DNA of 64,000 bases, from contig OZ024749.1 in assembly GCA_964016885.1 (NCBI GenBank), positions 27,590,001 through 27,654,000 on the forward strand. The letters run 5' to 3'. The DNA is from Eledone cirrhosa (Eukaryota). The first letter of the stretch is position 1. Every line of letters begins with the position of its first letter. Positions 39,758 through 57,617 of this stretch are shown here, in pieces. The notes under the pieces were generated by a model. The model was not told the origin of the DNA and did no database searches. It worked only from the letters and a program-made list of their open reading frames with translations. The position numbers were made by a program, and so were the translations under genes.

Positions 39758-41445
39758 ATGTTAGTTAACCTATAAATTTAATTTAATTAATATTTTATTA
39801 CAGATGAGAAAATTTTATGTAATCATTAATTTTGAAAAACCTTTAAATATTACTAATATATATTCAGTAATTTAATTTATAGATTAATTTTAACTTATTT
39901 TAACCTTTTATTATAATTTTTTAATTTAGTTTAACCTTTTATTATAATAATTTTTTTTATTATAATTCTTTTACAGATAAAATATAACAAAATAATATCA
40001 TGTATCCTATGACGGAGAAAGAATTTTTAGTATTATTGACCTAATTAATATACATTTTGGAAATATATTTATTATTTGGTTTTAGCTTTAATCAACCTAA
40101 AACTTTAATTTTAACTTTAATTTGCTTAAAATTAGTATCATTGTACAGACAAATTGCAGAATGTCATGTAATTATAGAATGGGAGGTGTTCTTGGATATA
40201 TACCTAGTTAATGTATTCTGTGCAAATTTTTTGGAAAAGATATGTATATCTATATGTATATGTATATGTGTGTGTTATATGTGTATCTGTATGTATATTT
40301 ATGTGACTATATATGTATGTATGTGTATATATATGTATATATATATATGTATATGTGTATGTATATGTATATGTATGTGTATGTGTATGTATATGTATAT
40401 GTATGCGTATTAATTTTGATTTTTATTTGCATATAATTATATTATGCTATTGATGAAATACAATATCTGCTTTATGTATTGTATACCTAATTAACATATA
40501 CTAATTAACATATACTATTGAAATAAATATATAATTTTTAACTTAGTTAACATATAATTTATATGCTACTACCGATGTAATACTTTATTTTATTTTTATT
40601 TGGGTTTCTTTTCCCTATTCATCTCCTAATATTGATACCATAACGTTATTAACTTTAATTTAGTTATAATGTAATTAATATTCTACTACTGTTTGACTTC
40701 ATAATTCTGCCTCAAATATTATAAACCTAACTAATTTACACCTTGGAAATCAATATGTTGACTATCTTTGGTTTAGTTGACATATGATTAATAATATACT
40801 TTTTTATTTTGTGATGCATAGATTTCGTATTTCCTAGCACTGAAAATATGTAGGAACATACATTGAATTAAGATATGGAAAATATTATATGTTTCTTGAA
40901 ACATATATTTACTTTGATCCCCTTCTCCAAACCCCCCCTTTCCCCCATACTATTATCATCTGTTTTTGTAAGTGTATATGTATGAATATATGTGTAGATA
41001 GGTGTCTATATAGTTTTTTTGGTATTTATTTCTAAATATAAAAATACATATATGAGCATGTAAATATGAATGTAAGATTGAGTGTGTATATATGATTGTA
41101 CATACATATATATGTATATATATGTGTATATATATGTATTATATATGTACGTGTATGTGAATGTGTGATATGTATATGTGTATGTATATGTATATATGTG
41201 TGTGTATGTGTATGCTTGTATATAGGAATATATATGTGTGTATATATGTATATATATGTATATGCGTGTTTGTATGTATGTGTATATGGGTTCTGTATAT
41301 ATTTATATGTCTCTCTATTTATATGTTTATCTTCGTATCTATGTGATATATGTGTGTGTGAGTGTGCGTATGCATATGTATAAGTTTGTGTGTGTTTGTA
41401 TGTGTGTGTGTATATATATATATGTGTATTTGCGCACACTCACAT

Positions 41446-41480
<35 letters not shown>

Positions 41481-41759
41481 AGTGTGTATGTGTGTCTGTA
41501 TGTGTGTGCGTGTGTGTATATGTGTATATATATGTATATATATATATGTGTATGTATGTGTATGTGTGTGTATATAGATATATATATATATATATTTTAT
41601 ATATATATATGTGTATATAGGTGTCTATGTGTGAATATATGTCTTTATTCGTATGTATGTATTTATATATGTTTATATTTAGGTGTATGTATGTATGTGT
41701 ATGTATGTATGTATGTGTATGTGTGTGTATGTATATGTCTATATGTGTGTATATATATG

Positions 41760-41790
<31 letters not shown>

Positions 41791-42007
41791 TATTCTTTAT
41801 TATTATTGTAATATAACTTATGTGTATATGTGTATAAGTGAGGTTGTGTATGTATATATACTATGTGTATATATAAGAGTAATGAAATATATATATATAT
41901 ATATATATATGTGCATGTCTGTATTTTATGTGTGTGTGTGGATTTATATATGTGTATGTGTGTATATATGTATGTATATATACATATGTGTGTACGTGTG
42001 TGTATGT

Positions 42008-42056
<49 letters not shown>

Positions 42057-42169
42057 TGGATGTTTGTATGTGTTTTTATGGTGGTATGAGTGTGGGATAT
42101 ATATATATGTTTGTGTATAAATGTATGTATGTGTATGTATATATATATGAGTCTACGTGTGTGTGTATA

Positions 42170-42222
<53 letters not shown>

Positions 42223-42992
42223 ATGTATGTATGTGTTGCGCGTGTGTGTGTCCGTATTTATATCTTTTTATATGTGTATGAGTATGTTCGTGTAAATGTA
42301 TGTGTGTGTATGACAGTATAGGTATGTGTGTATGTATGTATGTATGGATATCTCTATGTGCGCGTACATGTATGTATGTGTATGTATATCTGTATGCGTA
42401 TGTACATTATATTATATGTATTTATATTTTATTGTTTTTATTTTTTTATTTTTCATAATTTATAGATACATTTATATTAAGGTTGTCTGGTCTGACAGTC
42501 TAATACTGACCCCCCCCCCCCTCCCACCTAATTTCTGTATCTTGATCTTGAAATGTGTGTACCAGTGTGTTTATGTGAGTGACTTAATTTCTATTTGCTT
42601 ATGATTTTATATCCACATATATAAATGTGAGTGGGGGAGTGTGTGTGTTTGTGTGTTCGTGGTTATGTGTATATTTTTATATATATACGCACATGTATGT
42701 GTGATTATACTGATATGTGTGAGTATGAAAAAAATATATTTATATGCTTGACTCCATAAGTATCATTGCGTATCTTATCAGCGCATTAAGCTTACAGAGA
42801 TATTAACCTTGAAATTTTTTATTTGCATCCATCTTTTTAGTATGCACATACAGATTATACACACATTATTGTAAAATGTGTGTAGGGTTTTACATGTATA
42901 TACACACACCAAACTGCTTTTTAACCCTTTGTGTTTTCATTGGTCAATTTTGAACTGATATTTTGAATTGTTGTTATTATCAATAAATATAC

Positions 42993-43147
42993 TTCATTAT
43001 TTCTGAAGACGGCGTATATATGAGTTAGGTATGTATATTTAATCTTGATAATTTGTATAATTTTGTATAATTTTGTACATAGATCTGTTAAATATGCATA
43101 CCAATTATAACACATATATGCCCTAGAAACGATCGTTAAATAGTGAA
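42993..43147 (+). ncRNA. Type I hammerhead ribozyme of PLE unit C
   Basis: Identical to 36788-36942. Confidence 0.72.
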
Positions 43148-43338
43148 CTTTTTTTGTTTAATATAAGGAATTGTTTGTTCATTATTTGTTTAACATTTTA
43201 TCTTGACTCTGTATACCATTTATCTTTCACCGAAATTGGATTTTCATTACATCTCTTATTTCCATGATATCCGGAATACATTGAGTTCTTCATACGGATT
43301 GGACACTACCGTAAACTCTTGGTAGATTTATCTACATA

Positions 43339-43925
43339 TATATACATATATACATAAATATATACATATATATATATACATATATATTGTATATATATAT
43401 ATATACATAAATATATACATATATATATATACATATATACATAAATATATACATATATATATATACATATATATTGTATATATATATATATATATATACA
43501 CATATATATATTGTATATATATATATATATATACATATATATTGTATATATATATATATATACACATATATATTGTATATATATATATATATACATATAT
43601 ATTGTATATATATATATATACATATATATATTGTATATATATATATATACATATATATATTGTATATATATATATATACATATATATTGTATATATATAT
43701 ATATACATATATATTGTATATATATATATATACATATATATTGTATATATATATATATACATATATATATTGTATATATATATATATACATATATATATT
43801 GTATATATATATATATATACACACATATATATTGTATATATATATATATTGTATATATATATATATACATATATATTGTATATATATATATATTGTATAT
43901 ATATATATATTGTATATATATATAT
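43339..43925. repeat. TA-derived compound satellite
   Basis: Direct inspection. Confidence 0.97.
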
Positions 43926-45609
43926 CACAGGTAGGAAGAGAAGGTGTTTGAGTCAAATCCAGGGAACGGGGCCCGAGGATAGGAAGAGGAAATGGCTAGA
44001 CCATTTTAGGACCCTACTAGGAGAGCCACCCTCCACAGCCCAGAGCACTGGGGAGATCAGGCGGCTGTTTGAGGAACTGGATGTTGAGACAGAGCCCTTC
44101 ACCAGAGAGGAGTTTCAGAGAGCCAAGAAGAGGATCAAGGAGGGCAAGGCTCATGGAGAAGATGGAGTGGCATCAGAGGTGATGAAGAGGTGTGATTTTG
44201 ATGATATCATCCTAGGTTTCTGTAACGGGGCACTGGAGAAAGGAGTTGTCCCGAATCAGTGGAGGATCAGTAACATCGTCCCAGTGCCAAAGAAGGGAGA
44301 TCTCTCTAACACCAACAACTACAGGGGGATATCACTGACGTCACTTGTGGCAAAGACCCTCAACAGGATGATTCTTAACAAGATCCAGCCTGAGATAGAG
44401 AAGAAGCTCAGGGACAACCAGAACGGCTTTAGAGAGGGTAGATCAACCACCAGTCACATCCTGATGCTGAGAAGGATATTAAAGGGAGCTAGAGCAAAGT
44501 GCCTTCCTGCAGTCATGGTTTTCATTGACTTTAGGAAGGCCTTTGATTCTGTGGACCGTTACTGCCTGATGAAGATCTTACATGCTTATGGAATCCCCAA
44601 GAAAATAGTGGACCTGATATCACTGCTCTACACCAACACCAAAGCCCAAGTCATTACACCTGATGGGATGACAGAGTTCTTTGAGATACTGGCTGGAGTG
44701 CTCCAGGGAGATACATTGGCTCCCTACCTTTTTATCATCGTAGTGGACTATTGTATGCGCTTTGCACTGGAGAAACACCAGGACTCTGGCTTTACTGTAG
44801 CACCGGCTCAGAGCAGGAGAGTTAGGGCGAAAAAGGTATCGGATGCTGAATTTGCCGACGACATAGTTTTGGTGACAAATACAGTGAAGGAGGCAGAGGA
44901 TTTGATGCGGGAGGTTGAGACTGTGTCGATGAGTGTGGGGCTGAGGCTGAATGAGACTAAAACAAAATATCTGGTAGAGAATGTTGAGAAGCCAGAGGGG
45001 ATCACTAATGTAGGTGGGAAGCCGCTAGAATTGGTTGAGGGCTTCCTGTATTTGGGAGCAAAGATTGGGAATACGGAAGATGATGTGGTCGAGAGGAAGA
45101 GCAAAGCCTGGGCAGTGTGCCACAGCTTGAGATCGGTGTGGAAGCCGGACCTTAGTAGAGACCTGAAAATCCGCCTCTTCATTGCTGTAGTGGAGTCTGT
45201 GCTGCTGTATCGGTCTGGGACTTGGACACTGACCAAGAAACTCACTCAGATGGTGGATGGGTGCTACACGAGAATGCTGAGGATGGCTCTGAACATTAAT
45301 CAGTATACACTGAGGATGAAAAACTCAGAGCTGTATGGGAGCATCCCAAAAGTCAACTCAAAAGTGACACAGAGGAGACTGAGGTTAGCTGGACATGCTC
45401 ACCGACATCCAGAGTTGATATTGCACTCAGTGCTCCTTTGGGAGCCCCTACATGGACACACTAGAAGAGGAAGACCAAGGTTAACATATGTTGATGCCCT
45501 AAGGACAGACACTAGTCTGTTGGAGACGCAGGACATGGCAGCGATAATGAGGCATAGAGACCGCTGGAGAGAACTCATCCATCGATCTCGGGAATTTTAC
45601 TCGCCTTAG

Positions 45610-45615
<6 letters not shown>
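43926..45615 (+). mobile_element. 5'-truncated RTE-clade LINE with an uninterrupted RT frame (stop 45607-45609)
   Basis: [69 protein letters not shown]; no endonuclease part; inserted in TA satellite. Confidence 0.95.
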
Positions 45616-50885
<5,270 letters not shown>

Positions 50886-50995
50886 ACACAGAAACATACA
50901 TATATTAAATATAGAAGAAAATATTAGTAGTTAGATAACTCTTTCAAGTGTTAGTACTCTGACAAACTACTACTACCACACCACCATGGACTCAC

Positions 50996-51082
50996 CGAAA
51001 CAAACAGTGGCGTCCCTGGGACTGAGGCATGGTGACAGCCAAGTTGAACAAACGTGCAGAAAAGGTGGCCTATGGTGAATAC
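50996..51082 (-). other. Candidate 87-nt cassette exon in the DOCK last intron
   Basis: CAACAG acceptor and G/GTGAGT donor; length a multiple of 3; open in phase 0 and phase 1; no recognisable homology. Confidence 0.3.
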
Positions 51083-51139
51083 CTGTTGAGATACTTTGAT
51101 GCAAAAATTATTTGTGTGTGTGTATATGCGTGTGTGCGT

Positions 51140-51177
<38 letters not shown>

Positions 51178-52351
51178 CAGAAACAACCAAATTAACAAAG
51201 ACTTGTGCAAAATCATGCAGTAAAGATACCTGAGGAGGCCTTTAGCAAGCAAAGCCATTTTGAAAACTCTAATTACATAGACACACACACATGTACATGT
51301 ATGTATGGTGAAGATGTATATATATATATCTTCACCATACATACATAGACACACACACACACATGTACATGCATGTATGGTGAAGATATATATATATATA
51401 TATATAGTTTAACAATATTTTCGATATATTGAGTGCTTTTCATTTTGGCATATAACACTTGTTCAACTGCTTATATATATATGTATATATGTATGTGAAT
51501 GTATGTGTGTGTATGTATGTGTGTGTATGTATGTGTTTCTTTGTATGTGTGTGTGTTTGTATGTATGTGTGAATATGTATGTGTGTATGTATGTATGTAT
51601 GAATACATTTTATACAAAAATTAGAAGTACTGGTGACAAATGCACACACATATCACAGAAACACACACACACACTTACACACATCCCCCAACAAGAATCA
51701 CAACAACTATGATGAAACATGGCGGTAAAACTTATGATGTCAACTAGTAGTAGTATTAATAGTAGTAGTAAGGATGGGAGGTGATGGTTAAGAAAATCAT
51801 GAAAACAACAACAAAAACATTAACAACAACAACAAAACACACACACAAAAAAAAAATCAAATGTGTTTGCTAATCCAAAAAAGATCAACTTTACAAACTA
51901 ACCAATAAAATTTGCAAGCAAAAATATGCAGACAATATTTAACAGGACATAAACACCATTCCATCATATTTGACCAGGCCAAATTCACACAACTTGCTCC
52001 ACCGCTTAACTGAACACCTCACTATTGGCTTTGCTTCTTTCTTCTATTTGTTTGGTGTTTTTTTATAGTTGATTAACTCCCCTTTCATACTGGTTCCCCA
52101 GCCCCAACTGTAGCCAAAACATTTCCAACCTGATACTGCTTGCTGATATTCTACAATTCTCCAAAATAACTAGAATTAGAACTGTTTATGTTTATCTAAT
52201 ACCTTCACATCATAACTTTTAACCTTCTAGGTGCATTATGTCGCTGATAGAGTAATCTCCCCTTAATGCATAAAACAATGTCAAGGGAAGCAATTCATAA
52301 CAAAATTCAGTGTGCTAAAGGTTAAATTATGTTTCAAACCACCATTATATA

Positions 52352-52452
52352 CAGGGTGTCCCCCCCAAATGTATACACACTTTGATTATCTGTACAGACA
52401 ATATTCATTAGAATGCTGTTGAAGTGTGTAATCATTTTTTTGGGACACCCTG
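52352..52452. mobile_element. Tc1/mariner-type MITE
   Basis: TA-CAGGGTGTCCC ... GGGACACCCTG-TA terminal inverted repeats with TA duplication. Confidence 0.8.
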
Positions 52453-52965
52453 TATATATGGAGTTTCTTAGTTAAAGAACTACAAAGATTAAGTTTATAA
52501 GCGTATTCAATACATATGAATTTGCTTAATCTGAAGAGTATATATATATATATATAAACTATAATATAATGCATATTGATTAAGTTACTCAACAAAGGAA
52601 GCTCAATGAACGAGAATTTTTTGTATATTGTTTGAATTTATATATATATGAAAATTGAATTGAATTAGCAGCTTTTGCTGTATATTTGACTCTACTGTAA
52701 TGACCCATTGAGCATGTTGTAAGTAACCAGATCAAAATCTTTGTATAACAATCTAAAGTTTTATTATATATATATATATTCTCCTAGTGTTTAGCTCTAT
52801 GTAAACTTACTTATTTCACTCCACATGGTCTGTTTCTGTTTGGAGTGAAACAAAACGTGTATGTAACTGCAAGTTTTTAATTTGGTTGAGGTTTAAAAAC
52901 TAAACTCATTCTATGGTTAACCTCTGGCATAACATCCACCAATCAGAAATGAAAGCTGCTATCAG

Positions 52966-53088
52966 CTACGTAAGCAAAGTTTTTGGAGATACAGACATAT
53001 GTCGGCCAGACAAGCAAGCAAAATAGCCACTACCATCTTGTTGTCTGTTGTCTGACATTTGACATTGGCCAAAGACTGACCTTCTTCT
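52966..53088 (-). other. Candidate alternative (possibly terminal) DOCK exon
   Basis: Long pyrimidine tract + CACAG; phase 0 RRRSVFGQCQMSDNRQQDGSGYFACLSGRHMSVSPKTLLT*; weak internal donor at 53033. Confidence 0.3.
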
Positions 53089-53699
53089 CTGTGTGTTGAG
53101 GGAGGCGGATGAGTAGAGCAGAGCGGAGCGGAGCAGAAAGAATAAGAACAACAACAACAAAAGAACAGAGAGAGAGAGAGTGAGCTAGTGAAACAATTTC
53201 TGCCATATCAAGAAACCACAACAATGTGAGAGATAGAAAAATGTAAGAGAAACAGTAACAGCAACATGGAAGAATGCATGTTAAGGGCATCCATACAGTT
53301 ACCTCTATGTGACAGCCATTCACTGTAAATAACCCAAGCTAGTTGGTTGTTTCAGCTAAGCCTGATAAACATATCTGAAAATGTGTTTACACACCACACA
53401 TTAAAACAAGTGTAACACTAATTGTAGTGTAGTAAAATGATTCAAGGGATTTAAAGTTTGAAAACACACAAAGATTTTTTTAAAAACAACGCGTTCAATT
53501 TACACAGGTAACAATATATATGTGTTTACAAATAAAAATAGATGACCAGAGACCAAAGGACAAATTATAAATACAACTAGAGTTACAAAGACACACATGC
53601 ACACACACCTCACATACCACACTATACATACACTGCACCACACACACACACATGGTTGGTCAACTGGACACCTTAGGAAATAGAACAGAGAAGATAGTC

Positions 53700-54110
53700 A
53701 CTCATGTTTGGACAGTTGACAAATGTTGGAGTGAGAGTAGGACGAGAATAGAGTCCCTCACATCTGGTCAGTTGATAGTGTCGGAGGGAGGGTAGGGTGA
53801 GAATAGGGTCACACATGTCAAGAGAATTGAGACAATGTTGGAGAGAGAGGAGGGCAGAATCCCTTAATGGTCAGGAGAGTTGACAGCAAAGCTGGAGGCA
53901 GGGTAGTGCAAGGACAGAATCACTCAGTGGTCAAGACAGTTGACAATGTTGGAAGGAGGGTAGGGCAAGGGAAGAATCACTCAGTGGTCAAGTGAGTTGA
54001 CAGTAATATTGGAGGGAGGGAGTGGTGAGAGTCACTCCATTGTGTGGTCAGTTGACAATGTTAGAAGGAGGGGGAGGTGAATGTCTCTCTGTTGTGTGGT
54101 CAGTTGAGAT
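53700..54110. repeat. Degenerate ~55-bp minisatellite (CAGTTGACAATGTTGGA...)
   Basis: About 7 copies. Confidence 0.7.
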
Positions 54111-54274
54111 AATAATATTGCAGGTTTCTAGTGATGTAACTGGTGATGTGGGTGATGTAGTCAGGAGTGGGGTGAAACTGGGAGGATGGGATGGGATGGG
54201 ATCCAGGAGTTCAGAGTTGTGTTGTAGTTTAATGAATTATGTAGTAGTAGTTGTAACTGCAGTATAGTGACCCT

Positions 54275-54440
54275 AATAGTACTGTACTGATATCAATAGT
54301 ACTGTACTAACATCAGTAGTACTGTACTAACTTCAATAGTACAGTACTAACTTCAATACTACTGTACTAACTTCAATACTACTGTACTAACTTCAATACT
54401 ACTGTACTAACTTCAATACTACTGTACTAACCTCAATACT
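54275..54440. repeat. 20-bp minisatellite (TACTACTGTACTAACTTCAA)
   Basis: About 8 copies, several exact. Confidence 0.9.
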
Positions 54441-55640
54441 ACATTATTAAGGGTATAGGTGGGATACAGAAGCAGAACCTGACCATTACAATGATGATGA
54501 TAATAATAAGAGTAAGAATAATAATGGTTTCTAATTTAAGCACAAGGCCAGCAATTTCTGGTGGGGAGAGGAAAGTCGATAATATCGACCTCCCCCACCA
54601 AACAACAATAAAAACAACAATAATAAAATAATAATGAATATGAGAATATTGACAATAATAATAATAATAATGATGACCACAATGAAAACATAATAATAAT
54701 GACAGTGATGATGATGATGATAATGATTTCTTTATTAACCACAAAGGGTTTACATCAAGAAAACATTATGATGGCACAGGATGAAAACAGTGTGTGTATG
54801 TGTCGGTGTGTGGGTTTTGCATGTAAACAAATTTTAACAATGTTAAAAGGGAAACTGATGATAATAATAATAATAATGATGATGATGATAATGATGATAA
54901 AGCAAAAACAAAGAGACAGTTTGCTAAATGTTGGTTAAAAACATAAAAAGTAGAATTAAGCTAAATATATCAACAAGTGTCCATGTATTTAAAGACAAGA
55001 TCCACTCTAATCTCTATTGTCTATATTGTCTAAATTATTTCAATTGACTAATCTTATTGGAGTTATCTCCCTTGATTGTTTTTTTCTTCTTTTTCCATTT
55101 TAAAACACTGCCATCCTCTACCTAGATAGAGTTTTTATCTACTAATTGTGTGGATAACCTCAACTAATCAACGTAGTATTACAACTACACTATAATATAT
55201 TTACATATCCATAGGTTGGGGCCTCTGCCAGTGAAACATTGCTTCAAAAACATTAAAAAAGGGCCTCATGATGAGTATGAATCCCTTCATGGGGTCCTGA
55301 CTTGTAAGGCTAACACTTGCTTTAGCAAGAAAAGATAAAAAATATATTGGCTCTAACATGCTGGCTGCAACTAGAAAACTTTCTCTCTTATCCACACATA
55401 GATATATGAATGTTGAGGGATGTGTGAGTGAAATCTTGGATGAGATTACACAGAAAGTGGAGGAGAGTGAGAGCGTGAGTGTTACTTTATCACCAACAAT
55501 CTCCCCTCTTCTCTCTTATCCACACATAGATATATGAATGTTGAGAGATGTGTGAGTAAAACCTTGGATGGGACTACATAAGAAAGTGGATGAGGGGAGA
55601 GGTCAATGAGAGTGAGAGTGTGAGTATGAGTGTTACTTAC

Positions 55641-55779
55641 TTTATCACCAACAATCTCCCCTAGTTTTTCGTAGATTTCATTAAAACCAGCCTTCAGTGA
55701 CTCATGGTAGTCTTTCTGTTCTGTCTCAATTAGTTTGGCATTCAGATCTAATGCCTCACTGCAGATATGGATAAAGTTC
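55641..55779 (-). CDS. DOCK9: DOCK9/10/11 exon (end of DHR-2)
   Basis: NFIHICSEALDLNAKLIETEQKDYHESLKAGFNEIYEKLGEIVGDK; CAG/GTAAGT; phases consistent. Confidence 0.9.
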
Positions 55780-55789
55780 CTGTAATGAG

Positions 55790-56352
55790 AGAGTGGAGGG
55801 TAGTTAGAGACAGTGTCGAGTGGGGGGTGGTTAGAGACAGTGTCGAGTGGAGGGTGGTTAGTGGAGTGGAGGGTAGTTAGAGAGAGTGTCGAGTGGAGGG
55901 TGGTTAGAGACAATGTCGAGTGGAGGGTAGTTAGAGACAGTGTCGAGTGGGGGGTGGTTAGTGGAGTGGAGGGTAGTTAGAGAGAGTGTCGAGTGGAGGG
56001 TGGTTAGAGACAATGTCGAGTGGAGGGTAGTTAGAGGACAGTGTCGAGTGGAGGGTAGTTAGAGGACAGTGTCGAGTAGAGGGTGGTTAGTGGAGTGAAG
56101 GGTAGTTAGAGAGAGTGTCGAGTGGAGGGTAGTTAGAGACAGTGTCAAGTGGAGGGTGGTTAGTAGAGTGGAGGGTAGTTAGAGGACAGTGTCGAGTGGA
56201 GGGTGGTTAGTGGAGTGGAGGGCGGTTAGTGGAGTGGAGGGTAGTTAGAGACAGTGTTGAGTGGAGGGTATCTAGAGACAGTGTTGAGTGGAGGGTGGTT
56301 AGAGACAGTATTGAATGGAGGGTGGTTAGAGATAGTGTTGAGTGGAGGGTGG
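55790..56352. repeat. G-rich ~17/29-bp minisatellite (GAGTGGAGGGT(A/G)GTTAG...)
   Basis: More than 20 copies abutting the exon acceptor. Confidence 0.9.
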
Positions 56353-56561
56353 TTGGTTTGAGATAAGTGACTAAGGGAAGAAGGCAAATGAAAAGGGAAA
56401 AAAGAGAAATAAGAAAAGAAGAGGGAGATGAGGAAATGAGTAGCAGAAAGAGAGGAGGTAGAGATGTTGACTTACCTGAGGAGGGTGAGGGGGTGTAAGA
56501 GAAAGAGATGTGGACTTACTTGAAGAGGGAGAGAAGGAGGTGTAGTAGATGTCGACTGACT

Positions 56562-56762
56562 GAACCCTTTAGCATTTACATTACTATTATATTTTCATGG
56601 TAAAGGCTTTACCTCACATAATATGGAATCTACGAAATTTTGATATTTATTTTGAGAACAATACCTTAACGTCAGTATGAGGGGTCGGTTATGGCTGGTT
56701 TGAACAGAAAGAGGTGAGAGGATTCTGGCCGGATATGGCCGATTTAAATGCTAAAGAGTTAA
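56562..56762. mobile_element. piggyBac-like MITE remnant
   Basis: AACCCTTTAGCATTTA ... TAAATGCTAAAGAGTTAA inverted ends. Confidence 0.5.
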
Positions 56763-56880
56763 GGAAGGAGAAGGAGGGGGAGGAAGAGAGGGAAAGAAGT
56801 AATAGTAGTGGTGGTGGTAGTGGTAGTAGTGGTGGTGGTGGTGGTGGTAGTAGTGGTGGTGGTAGTAGATGTTGACTTAC

Positions 56881-56981
56881 TTAAAGACATCTTTAAGTGC
56901 TGCCACTTTACCAACTGGATACCTGCTGACTTTGTCTTTACTGAGGAAGGCTTCAGCATAGGCTAATGGACCAGCATGTAC
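56881..56981 (-). CDS. DOCK9: DOCK9/10/11 exon (DHR-2 nucleotide-sensor region)
   Basis: [33 protein letters not shown](K), cf. VNAGPLAYARAFL of DOCK9; CAG/GTAAGT. Confidence 0.92.
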
Positions 56982-57036
56982 CTGCAGAGAGACAGTAGAA
57001 AAGTTGGGGACATAGAAACCATCAGACATTGTGCTG

Positions 57037-57615
57037 CAGCAACTGCAATAGCAACAACTGCAGTAGCAACAGTTGCAGTAGAAACAGCTGCAGTAGCAAC
57101 AGTTGCAGTAGAAACAGCTGCAGTAGCAACAGCTGCAGTAGCAACAACTGCAGTAGCAACAGCTGCAGTAGCAGTAGTTACAACAGCAGCAGTAACAGGA
57201 TTTAATGGCAAATTTTTTATTATAACATACACACACATCATGACAGATACACATACACATCACGGCAGACACATACATACACATCATGACAGACAGACAC
57301 ACACACACATCATGGCAGACATATACACACACATCATGACAGACGCCCACATACACACCACAACAGACACATCACGACAGACATATATACATACACACAC
57401 ATATACATCATGAAAGACACACACACACACACATCATGAAATGCATACACAAAAACATGCATGCACACACACATACAGACATATCTACACACACACACAC
57501 ACACACACATGACAGAAAGATAGACAGACACTGGAGGGCAATAGGAGCAGAGTTCAATTATAGCAGACACACACACACACACATCATCATTACACATATA
57601 TGCATTCACACACAC
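57037..57615. repeat. 15-bp minisatellite (GCAGTAGCAACAGCT) followed by a CA-rich repeat
   Basis: Direct inspection; source of the ATV-repeat and Cys-repeat ORFs. Confidence 0.88.
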
Positions 57616-57617
57616 AT

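Larger units (their letters stand above)
36997..43338 (+). mobile_element. Penelope-like element, unit C (full length; tandem period 6205 bp)
   Basis: 5' leader + complete ORF + ~3.6-kb 3' region; sequence at 36997-37133 recurs at 43202-43338, then TA satellite. Confidence 0.95.

Noticed and set aside
43474-43925. N-terminal part of the 711-aa ORF
   Set aside because: Microsatellite read-through into a 5'-truncated LINE
54275-56352. CRISPR-like periodic repeats (also 1415-1740 and 18700-19030)
   Set aside because: No unique spacers, no cas genes, eukaryotic intronic context; ordinary minisatellites
56877-57413. Cys-rich (metallothionein-like) and Ala/Thr/Val-rich ORFs
   Set aside because: Translations of a 15-bp intronic minisatellite; only 56881-56981 is coding
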